From: a virus
Taxonomy: Duplodnaviria > Caudoviricetes
Direction: 5' to 3' (one strand)
Virus record (IMG/VR): IMGVR_UViG_3300021371_000090
Span: 1 to 26,634 of that record
Length of the DNA stretch: 26,634 nt
The translations under genes and the position numbers were made by a program. The notes beneath the pieces were generated by a model. That model was not told where the DNA came from. It searched no databases and saw only the letters and a list, made by a program, of their open reading frames with translations. This document shows, one piece after another, positions 1 to 5,845 of the stretch (positions within the stretch are counted from its first letter, which is position 1; each line of letters starts with the position of its first letter).

Positions 1-91
1 GGTTAGCGGGGGAAAGGTGGAGACCGAAAGTGCGATATCCTAGAACTTCACCTTTGAGGGTTTTGGCATTGCCTTGATTTAATAGCTTCAT
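1..91 (-). CDS. N-terminus of a phage protein, GP88-like family (truncated by window edge)
   Basis: Not in ORF track. ATG at 91 reads MKLLNQGNAKTLKGEVLGYRTFGLHLSPAN... open to position 1. Resembles N-termini of GP88-like phage proteins (from memory). Promoter-like sequence just upstream. Confidence 0.6.
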   Translation of the reverse strand, partial: MKLLNQGNAKTLKGEVLGYRTFGLHLSPAN

Positions 92-100
92 AACGAAAGG

Positions 101-128
101 ATTTTGTCAGGTTTAGGTTCGGGTGCAA
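101..128 (-). promoter_or_regulatory. sigma70-like early promoter
   Basis: TTGCAC-N16-CAAAAT, 9 nt before ATG at 91. Shares CTTGCACCC with the promoter at 2881-2909. Confidence 0.55.
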
Positions 129-186
129 GTATATTTTAAATGTTTTTTTATTATTATTTAATGCTTGACAGAGAGCGGAATCCCCG

Positions 187-261
187 TAACTTGTTGATTG
201 ATAACGAGTTAGGCGGCTGCGCCCGCCCCCGCTCGCTAACTCATTGATATTCAATGACTTA
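187..261. repeat. Paired 25-bp palindrome cassette 1
   Basis: TAACTTGTT-GATTGAT-AACGAGTTA (187-211), 25-bp spacer with 23 G/C, TAACTCATT-GATATTC-AATGACTTA (237-261). Confidence 0.9.
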
Positions 262-286
262 GAGTGTTTATTTTTTTATTATTGAC

Positions 287-325
287 AAAAGAAAAACCCC
301 GCCCCCCATGCAGAGGGGACGAGGC
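287..325 (-). terminator. Intrinsic terminator after DUF932 gene
   Basis: Minus strand CCTCGTCCCCT-CTGCAT-GGGGGGCGGGG followed by TTTTTCTTTT, ~20 nt after the stop. Confidence 0.8.
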
Positions 326-346
326 TTGCTATGTCTACCCAAAAAT

Positions 347-1144
347 TTATGCAGGGAGAACTAGGGCTGATTCTCTATCCTCATTTGATATAACCGCAGG
401 GGTAAAATCGGCTGACTTGTCAAAAACAGATTGCATACGCATGGTGCGATTTGATATATCATGCGATCCAATACCCTTCAAAGATTCTGTCACGGCATTA
501 TAAAGAGTCCAAAGAGACCCCCCTTTAAACTCCTCATGACGAGGATTGTGGAATTCCTGAAGAGCATCTACAGCTCTTTTATTCCCGAAAACCTTGTCAT
601 TGAAAAGGTCTAAAACAAGTTTGGAAGCATCTTTAACTTCCGTGTTTTTATACTTGTTTATCCGATTTTCCATGGCGGTCCAATGAGAAGTCACTTGAGA
701 AATGGCGGAGGTGATCCGATTGTAAAGATCATTCATAATGTAAGTAGTATGCTTGCGGGCTAGGGTGACATCGCTAGAAAAGCAGAGGTTATCACAAACC
801 AACATTTGATTACCGACTGCAATTCCTGCAGCTAGGGACTTGTCGTGAGAATTACGAAGGCCAAGGACAAGCTGGCGATCTTGAGAGTGACACTCTCGCT
901 TTGGATCTCCGTTCTCATCCAAAAAACTCTCCCCCCTAAGAGCGAACCCTCCGAAGTAGCGTTGTGAACCATGGGAAAGGCCGTGCTCTTCATTGATGAT
1001 TTCAAGGCCAGAATCACCTATGGCTTTTCTGGTCATATCAACCAACTCGTGGTGAGCGATTGGAGTGTGGGTTTGGGTTGGCTTTGGAGTCTCGACTTTA
1101 GAAAGGACTTCAGAGCTGACTTTGTTTTTTGCGTAGATAAGCAT
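347..1144 (-). CDS. DUF932-family protein
   Basis: 265 aa with LRNSHDKS...LVCDNL...RKHT and C-terminal SLWTLYNAVTE motifs typical of DUF932 phage/plasmid proteins. Has its own promoter and terminator. Confidence 0.8.
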   Translation of the reverse strand: MLIYAKNKVSSEVLSKVETPKPTQTHTPIAHHELVDMTRKAIGDSGLEIINEEHGLSHGSQRYFGGFALRGESFLDENGDPKRECHSQDRQLVLGLRNSHDKSLAAGIAVGNQMLVCDNLCFSSDVTLARKHTTYIMNDLYNRITSAISQVTSHWTAMENRINKYKNTEVKDASKLVLDLFNDKVFGNKRAVDALQEFHNPRHEEFKGGSLWTLYNAVTESLKGIGSHDISNRTMRMQSVFDKSADFTPAVISNEDRESALVLPA

Positions 1145-1163
1145 AATTTTAGTTTGGTTAAAC

Positions 1164-1216
1164 CGAGAGATTGTCTCTCGACAGGGGGATTATGACAGAA
1201 AATAATTTAGAAACAA
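1164..1216 (-). promoter_or_regulatory. sigma70-like promoter plus 5'-UTR hairpin of DUF932 gene
   Basis: TTGTTT-N16-CATAAT (1216-1189) with TGn extension. Hairpin CGAGAGA-CAA-TCTCTCG (1180-1164) lies right after the predicted start site. Confidence 0.6.
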
Positions 1217-1381
1217 GACCTTTTTTATACTTTTTTAATCTTTTTTTTCGGGCTAAGAATGCCAAATATTCTTGCAAATAAACTTGATTAAGGTTGCTTA
1301 GGTTAGAGACAAATATGCCAAATATATATTGACATGGCGCTTGCAATCTGATGATTTTTAATTTAAGCGCAAAAAGAAGCC

Positions 1382-1455
1382 TAACTCACTGATACACAAC
1401 GAGTTAGGCGGTTGAGTGGGGCGCGGCCCGTAACTCCTTGATACACAGGGAGTTA
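1382..1455. repeat. Paired 25-bp palindrome cassette 2
   Basis: TAACTCACT-GATACAC-AACGAGTTA (1382-1406), 24-bp spacer with 20 G/C, TAACTCCTT-GATACAC-AGGGAGTTA (1431-1455). Confidence 0.9.
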
Positions 1456-1671
1456 GATGTCCATGTGCTCTGCGATTTTTTTATTGCCACGCCAAGCATG
1501 CCAGCCCTCCACGGATATGCCAGAGCAGTAGTCGGCCTTAGCGTCCCCCTCGGAGAGATTTAGCCAAGCGATCTGTGAGGCTTTTTCGGAAGCGGCCTTG
1601 GGAGAGCGCGACATGGCGACTCCTGTGTAAACCCCTGTGCTGGCGACTATGTAGTAGCTGAATTTGTACAT
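1453..1671 (-). CDS. hypothetical protein (72 aa)
   Basis: ORF directly preceded by a leaderless promoter. Its stop codon lies in palindrome 2b. Confidence 0.7.
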   Translation of the reverse strand: MYKFSYYIVASTGVYTGVAMSRSPKAASEKASQIAWLNLSEGDAKADYCSGISVEGWHAWRGNKKIAEHMDI

Positions 1672-1677
1672 GAGGGG

Positions 1678-1706
1678 AGAGTAACGGAAGAATTTATTTT
1701 TGGCAA
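1678..1706 (-). promoter_or_regulatory. sigma70-like leaderless promoter
   Basis: TTGCCA-N17-TACTCT-N6-ATG(1671). Confidence 0.7.
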
Positions 1707-1717
1707 TATATTTCTAC

Positions 1718-1743
1718 AAAAAAAAAGCTCCCTTTCGGGAGCC
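1718..1743 (-). terminator. Intrinsic terminator
   Basis: GCTCCC-GAAA-GGGAGC followed by T9 on the minus strand. Confidence 0.85.
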
Positions 1744-1763
1744 TTGAAAAGCGATTAATTAGA

Positions 1764-1943
1764 TCACTTAGTGTTTTCTGGAGTGGGGTCAGGCGTGGAG
1801 GCTTCCGCGATACGGGCGAGACGCTCGTCCTCCGCTTGCCACTCGCGATAATCCTCCTCAGAGAGTTGCTCGCGTACCTTGCGGTATCCGTCATATTGTG
1901 CTTGCAGGGCTTCCCAGTCGGTGGTGGTATGTATATTAAACAT
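1764..1943 (-). CDS. hypothetical acidic protein (59 aa; start re-called to ATG 1943)
   Basis: MFNIHTTTDWEALQAQYDGY... bounded by a promoter and a terminator. Confidence 0.7.
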   Translation of the reverse strand: MFNIHTTTDWEALQAQYDGYRKVREQLSEEDYREWQAEDERLARIAEASTPDPTPENTK

Positions 1944-1949
1944 GGCCGA

Positions 1950-1977
1950 AGGGTACAAAAACTGTAGGGTATGGCAA
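1950..1977 (-). promoter_or_regulatory. sigma70-like leaderless promoter
   Basis: TTGCCA-N16-TACCCT-N6-ATG(1943), with an A-rich UP-like tract upstream. Confidence 0.65.
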
Positions 1978-2004
1978 GCTTTTTTATTTATTTTTTTAAA
2001 GCTA

Positions 2005-2079
2005 TAAGTGACTGATTAGTAGTGAGTTAGCGGTCGGGGTCGGGGCTTCGCTCCTAACTCGTTGCTGATAAGTGAGTTA
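2005..2079. repeat. Paired 25-bp palindrome cassette 3
   Basis: TAAGTGACT-GATTAGT-AGTGAGTTA (2005-2029), 25-bp spacer with 20 G/C, TAACTCGTT-GCTGATA-AGTGAGTTA (2055-2079). Confidence 0.9.
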
Positions 2080-2201
2080 TAAGCCATTCTCAAAGAGAAA
2101 ATTAAATTTATTTAGCAATCCTGTTGCATAAGCAGTGAAAAGAAGTAATGCAAGCAAAAGGGCTAAAATTATTTGTTTTTTATTCATGCTAATTCTGTTT
2201 T

Positions 2202-2236
2202 AAAAGAGAACCCGCCCCCCACCACAGGGGACGGGC
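2202..2236 (-). terminator. Intrinsic terminator, homologous to 287-325
   Basis: CCCGTCCCCT-GTGGT-GGGGGGCGGG followed by TTCTCTTTT. Confidence 0.8.
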
Positions 2237-2254
2237 TATACACACAACACACCA

Positions 2255-2554
2255 TTAAAAAAGAGTTTTCACCATTTGAATCGCGGTAGCGAAGCGGCCT
2301 TTCACTTTGGTGATACCTGCAACGTGGAGAGTGCGGAACTTGCGCTCCCCTGCGTCATCAAGGTCGCGGGTGGCAGCGATAACATAACGCTTGCCATTGG
2401 ATTCTGCGAACCCGTCCAGCTGGATTTCTTCCACGAGGAAGCTTCTGATACCGTCAGACTTGACGGTGCTTTGCCCTGCATTGGCGTAGGTGACTACGCG
2501 CTTGTTAAGCTTAGATGCAAGGGCGGTGGGGGCTAGTGTATATAGGTTTTTCAT
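2255..2554 (-). CDS. hypothetical protein (99 aa), possible WYL/SH3-like fold
   Basis: Clean ORF, last gene of a three-gene unit before a terminator. Beta-rich pattern. Confidence 0.7.
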   Translation of the reverse strand: MKNLYTLAPTALASKLNKRVVTYANAGQSTVKSDGIRSFLVEEIQLDGFAESNGKRYVIAATRDLDDAGERKFRTLHVAGITKVKGRFATAIQMVKTLF

Positions 2555-2564
2555 CAGGGGTATT

Positions 2565-2708
2565 TTAAAGGTTTTGAGAGATCTTGTCGAGGATATTTCG
2601 GCGGTTTTCTGCTTTTATTTTTTGATCTTGCTCCCACTCCCGAAGCTCAAGGTTTCCAGCGATTACCATGAGCAGAGTGAGGCCAGAGAGGCAGAGAAAG
2701 GTTTTCAT
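2565..2708 (-). CDS. small membrane-anchored protein (47 aa; start re-called to ATG 2708)
   Basis: MKTFLCLSGLTLLMVIAG hydrophobic N-terminus, then a charged helix. Starts 1 nt after the upstream stop. Confidence 0.65.
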   Translation of the reverse strand: MKTFLCLSGLTLLMVIAGNLELREWEQDQKIKAENRRNILDKISQNL

Positions 2709-2709
2709 A

Positions 2710-2874
2710 TTACTTAGAGGATTTGATGAGGAGTTTGGCGATCTTGTTGCTAACAGAAAGCATCCTGCGAGTTGGATTAACTGGCATTCCCTTGAATTCT
2801 GAATCAAAACGGTAGGAGAGAAGCTTGCGAGCTTGGGACTTGAGTTCCTTCTGGTATTCTTGTTGCTGTGTCAT
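2710..2874 (-). CDS. hypothetical basic protein (54 aa; start re-called to ATG 2874)
   Basis: MTQQQEYQKELKSQARK... directly after a consensus promoter. Confidence 0.7.
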   Translation of the reverse strand: MTQQQEYQKELKSQARKLLSYRFDSEFKGMPVNPTRRMLSVSNKIAKLLIKSSK

Positions 2875-2880
2875 GTGAGA

Positions 2881-2909
2881 AGTATAGTTGAATTTTGGGT
2901 TGGGTGCAA
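2881..2909 (-). promoter_or_regulatory. sigma70-like leaderless promoter
   Basis: TTGCAC-N17-TATACT-N6-ATG(2874). Confidence 0.8.
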
Positions 2910-2935
2910 GCACTTTTTAATCTTTTTTTAATTTA

Positions 2936-3037
2936 AATTCGTAGCATATTTCTGCGAGGGCTATGCCAGACCCACGACCCTTCCTTATTTAACGTCTTGC
3001 GGATCGCTTAACCGTGTTTATACTCACTTGACGAATC
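2936..3037 (-). ncRNA. candidate structured RNA (unassigned family)
   Basis: Intergenic. Closing stem ATTCGT/ACGAAT encloses GTG/CAC, GCGATCC/GGGTCGT and TGGCATA/TATGCTA stems. G-U pairs favour the minus strand. Confidence 0.4.
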
Positions 3038-3277
3038 TTAGTCGCACCCATACTGAGCGAAACTTCCGAAAGCAAACTCCATATCTGCGTCTATCTTATC
3101 ACGAGGGATAATCATTTTCTTGCCATAGTCTGGGTTAGGAACTTTCTTACCATCAACCCTCATCTCTCTCCAAGGGTTAAGTTTAAAGTAGTTCTCTCCG
3201 TCAAACTCTAATTGCATAGAGCCAGTGGCCCAATCGTGGATTCTCTTTTCTTTTGCTTGTGGTGTTTCTTTAGTCAT
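3038..3277 (-). CDS. hypothetical protein (79 aa)
   Basis: ATG start, tight operon spacing. Confidence 0.7.
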   Translation of the reverse strand: MTKETPQAKEKRIHDWATGSMQLEFDGENYFKLNPWREMRVDGKKVPNPDYGKKMIIPRDKIDADMEFAFGSFAQYGCD

Positions 3278-3289
3278 CTTATTTTTTGT

Positions 3290-3514
3290 TTACTTGCCGT
3301 AGATCCAGCGAAGCTCACTGCTCCACTCCTTAACCATCTTTGCTTCGTGTCCGTTGGGATTTTTACAAGCGGCACCGATCCATTTCCTGATCATGCGCTT
3401 GAGCTTTCGCTCCCTAAGCCATTCACCTAAGTGAATACCAATGGCGAAAGGGTAAGTGAGAATTAGAATGGCTTTGCCCTTGGTGTCTTGGTCTTTGAAG
3501 TTATGTAAGTTCAT
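3290..3514 (-). CDS. hypothetical protein (74 aa) with one hydrophobic segment
   Basis: AILILTYPFAIGIHL segment; operon spacing. Confidence 0.7.
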   Translation of the reverse strand: MNLHNFKDQDTKGKAILILTYPFAIGIHLGEWLRERKLKRMIRKWIGAACKNPNGHEAKMVKEWSSELRWIYGK

Positions 3515-3531
3515 AGTGTTAGTGTAAAGAT

Positions 3532-3681
3532 TTATTTTTTGTAGTAGTTCGGGACTACCTCATTCCAGTTGGTGGGATTAGCCTTCCGCTCTTCTTCACG
3601 CTTAACGGTTTCCTTGTAAAGATTTTTGCTAGCTTCTCTAACTCTCTCTTCGTAGGTGCGGCCTGTGTTGTTTGCTGTCAT
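3532..3681 (-). CDS. hypothetical protein (49 aa), not in ORF track
   Basis: MTANNTGRTYEERVREASKNLYKETVKREEERKANPTNWNEVVPNYYKK*, with TATAAT 6 nt upstream. Confidence 0.7.
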   Translation of the reverse strand: MTANNTGRTYEERVREASKNLYKETVKREEERKANPTNWNEVVPNYYKK

Positions 3682-3687
3682 GTGGGT

Positions 3688-3722
3688 ATTATAGATTAAA
3701 AATTGATTTAAAAAAAGCTTTT
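3688..3722 (-). promoter_or_regulatory. sigma70-like leaderless promoter
   Basis: TATAAT-N6-ATG(3681); weak -35 within an AAAAGCTTTT palindrome. Confidence 0.6.
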
Positions 3723-3732
3723 TCTTCTATTA

Positions 3733-3933
3733 TTATGCATTTATTTCAGGGTGTTCTATAACCTCATCATCGTAGATAATCCCGTTCAGGTATGGGTCTG
3801 TCTGTATACCGCCAGTATATTCTTTACCCTCATAAGTGAAAGCTACTAAGTGAGTAGCCCAGCAACCATCTTGCTCAACTACTTCTCCAAACTCTATTGA
3901 GTCCTTAACTTCGCCATAGGTGATCTCTTTCAT
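3733..3933 (-). CDS. hypothetical acidic protein (66 aa)
   Basis: ORF with TATAAT 6 nt upstream. Confidence 0.7.
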   Translation of the reverse strand: MKEITYGEVKDSIEFGEVVEQDGCWATHLVAFTYEGKEYTGGIQTDPYLNGIIYDDEVIEHPEINA

Positions 3934-3939
3934 GGGGGA

Positions 3940-3974
3940 ATTATATACTTAGATAAGATTTTTTAAAAGCTTTT
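3940..3974 (-). promoter_or_regulatory. sigma70-like leaderless promoter
   Basis: TTTTAA-N17-TATAAT-N6-ATG(3933); same AAAAGCTTTT palindrome at the -35 region. Confidence 0.6.
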
Positions 3975-4105
3975 TCTGTATAAAAATGCATTTTTTTAGC
4001 TGCAGAGGGGGAGGGTTTTTTCAGAATTTTGAACTTTTAAGTTGACTGGATTTCGGCGGGGGGGTGGTGTATTCTATAAACAAGTGGCCAATAGGGAGTT
4101 TATGC

Positions 4106-4111
4106 GTGTAA
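4106..4111 (+). promoter_or_regulatory. GTGTAA putative phage late promoter element
   Basis: 12 nt before the phoH ATG; recurring motif. Confidence 0.5.
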
Positions 4112-4123
4112 CAAATAACACAA

Positions 4124-4804
4124 ATGACGTTTGGAAATAAAAACTCATTATTGTTGGGTCATATAGAATTGACAGAGAAACAAAGTAAATTTCATAAGAT
4201 AATGCGTAACCCTGAAACAAGGGTTGTATTTATTAGTGGGCCAGCGGGGACTGCGAAGACATTTTTGTCAGTATATACGGCGTTATATAAATACAATGAG
4301 GACAATCTGCTTAATATATTATATTTGAGGAGTTTAGCTGAGAGTGCGGATAAGGGGATGGGTTTTCTGAAGGGGAGTATGGATGAGAAGTTCAATCCGT
4401 ATTTGGGTCCGTTAGAAGATAAATTGGATGAATTATTAAATGGTCCAGAAAAAAAACAAATACAAGACAGGAAAGTGTTAGAAGCGGCCCCGATTAACTT
4501 TTTGAGGGGTGCTACATGGAAAAACAAGGTAGTTATAGTAGATGAGGCACAAAATATGACAACAAGAGAACTTACAACTATCATAACCCGCATTTCAAGT
4601 AACACTACGTTATTTTTATGCGGAGATACGATGCAAAGTGATATTAGGTCTTCTGGTTTTAATAAATTCTGTAGAGTGTTTGATGATGACGAAAGCAAAT
4701 CGTTTGGGATACATCATTTAGAATTTAGTAAAGAAGACGTTATGAGAGATAAAATCATAAGTTATTTAGTAGATAAAATTGAAAAAAGTGAAATAAAACA
4801 ATAA
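4124..4804 (+). CDS. phoH: PhoH-like ATPase
   Basis: GPAGTAKT Walker A, MGFLKGS, FLRGATW, IVDEAQN, TR, GDTMQSD motifs. Confidence 0.93.
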   Translation: MTFGNKNSLLLGHIELTEKQSKFHKIMRNPETRVVFISGPAGTAKTFLSVYTALYKYNEDNLLNILYLRSLAESADKGMGFLKGSMDEKFNPYLGPLEDKLDELLNGPEKKQIQDRKVLEAAPINFLRGATWKNKVVIVDEAQNMTTRELTTIITRISSNTTLFLCGDTMQSDIRSSGFNKFCRVFDDDESKSFGIHHLEFSKEDVMRDKIISYLVDKIEKSEIKQ

Positions 4805-4812
4805 AATTAGCC

Positions 4813-5178
4813 ATGAATAAGATTTTCTGTGTATCTTGTGGTTTTAAGATCTTATATGAGGTCACCAAACCTAAATTTTGCCCTAGCTGTGGGAATAGCT
4901 TAGGTTCCGTTTCTTCTGCGGCCAAAAAAGAAGAAGGAGAAGAGGTTTCTGATCTTGATATTGATTTGAATAAGTTAAAAAGAGATATTATTGTCGAGAA
5001 CGATAAGCGAAAAACAAAAATTGAGGATATTTGGGGTTCTGTTACTTCGTCTGAAGCTAATAGCCCTCAAGATGGTTTTTCTCGACCTGAATCAAAAGAT
5101 CCTAGTGGTAAAGAGCTACTAGATAAGACTATTAGGGATTGTTCATCATCTCGTATGAAAGATATAGATGGAGAATGA
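4813..5178 (+). CDS. zinc-ribbon domain protein
   Basis: FCVSCG...KFCPSCG, two CxxC pairs at the N-terminus. Confidence 0.75.
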   Translation: MNKIFCVSCGFKILYEVTKPKFCPSCGNSLGSVSSAAKKEEGEEVSDLDIDLNKLKRDIIVENDKRKTKIEDIWGSVTSSEANSPQDGFSRPESKDPSGKELLDKTIRDCSSSRMKDIDGE

Positions 5179-5845
5179 TTTTGAAAGTCAGAGACTAGAT
5201 TTAGAAGACCTTTTAAAGAAGTATAGACCTAAGTGGCAATTAAGTGCCATAGCTTGGATGGATTATGATGATGTGTGTCAGATAATCCGATTACATATTT
5301 TTAAAAAGTGGCATCTTTGGGATCAGAATCGCCCATTTAAGCCTTGGGCTTCTATGATTATATCTAATCAGATTAAAAACCTGATTCGGAATAATTACTC
5401 TAGTTTTGCTAAGCCTTGTTTAAGGTGTCCTCATAATATGGGTTCAGATAGTTGTGCTTTAACAAGAAGCAAGGAGCAAGATATAAGTTGTCCTGATTTC
5501 AATAAATGGAAGAATAAAAAAGAAAAAGCTTATAATATCAAGCTACCATTAGCTTTAGAAGAGGGATCATTTACAGGGACGACTTCATTGAAGGATCATC
5601 TTGATTATCAAGATTCGTCTGAACGACTTCATGAATTAGTTATGGGAGAATTGAATGAGAAACATAAAAAGATCTATTATCTTCTTTATGTAAAGAATGA
5701 GGATGAGAATAAAGTGGCAGAACAATTTGGGTTTAAAGCAGACTCCGTGAAGAGAAAAAAACCTAGATACAAACAAATAGCGAATTTAAAAAAGAAATTT
5801 TATCAAATTGCGGTTAGAATTATGAAGGATAACGATATTTTATGA
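5168..5845 (+). CDS. phage RNA polymerase sigma factor (sigma70 family, ECF-sized)
   Basis: Region-2-like DYDDVCQ...WD..RPFKPWASMIISNQIKNLIR and region-4-like LNEKHKKIYYLLY...KVAEQFG helix-turn-helix. Confidence 0.8.
   Translation: MENDFESQRLDLEDLLKKYRPKWQLSAIAWMDYDDVCQIIRLHIFKKWHLWDQNRPFKPWASMIISNQIKNLIRNNYSSFAKPCLRCPHNMGSDSCALTRSKEQDISCPDFNKWKNKKEKAYNIKLPLALEEGSFTGTTSLKDHLDYQDSSERLHELVMGELNEKHKKIYYLLYVKNEDENKVAEQFGFKADSVKRKKPRYKQIANLKKKFYQIAVRIMKDNDIL

Noticed and set aside
13-55. Inverted repeat AAAGGTGGAG/CTTCACCTTT as an ncRNA, and GGTTAG at position 1 as another palindrome arm
   Set aside because: Both lie inside the minus-strand CDS starting at 91 and are probably incidental.
48-503. 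ORFs 48..254 (-) and 264..503 (+)
   Set aside because: They span palindromes, a terminator and promoters, or overlap DUF932 antisense; shadow ORFs.
187-2079. Palindrome pairs as mini-CRISPR arrays
   Set aside because: Only two degenerate repeats per locus, spacers share composition and 5' sequence, and no cas genes are present.
2949-2960. 12-mer CCTCGCAGAAAT shared between the candidate RNA loop and the tail-tube terminator (20206-20217), suggesting trans antitermination
   Set aside because: Chance 12-mer matches are expected in a two-strand 26-kb self-comparison; no other support.
4124-4804. phoH as a novel auxiliary gene
   Set aside because: Widespread in large aquatic phages; not unusual.
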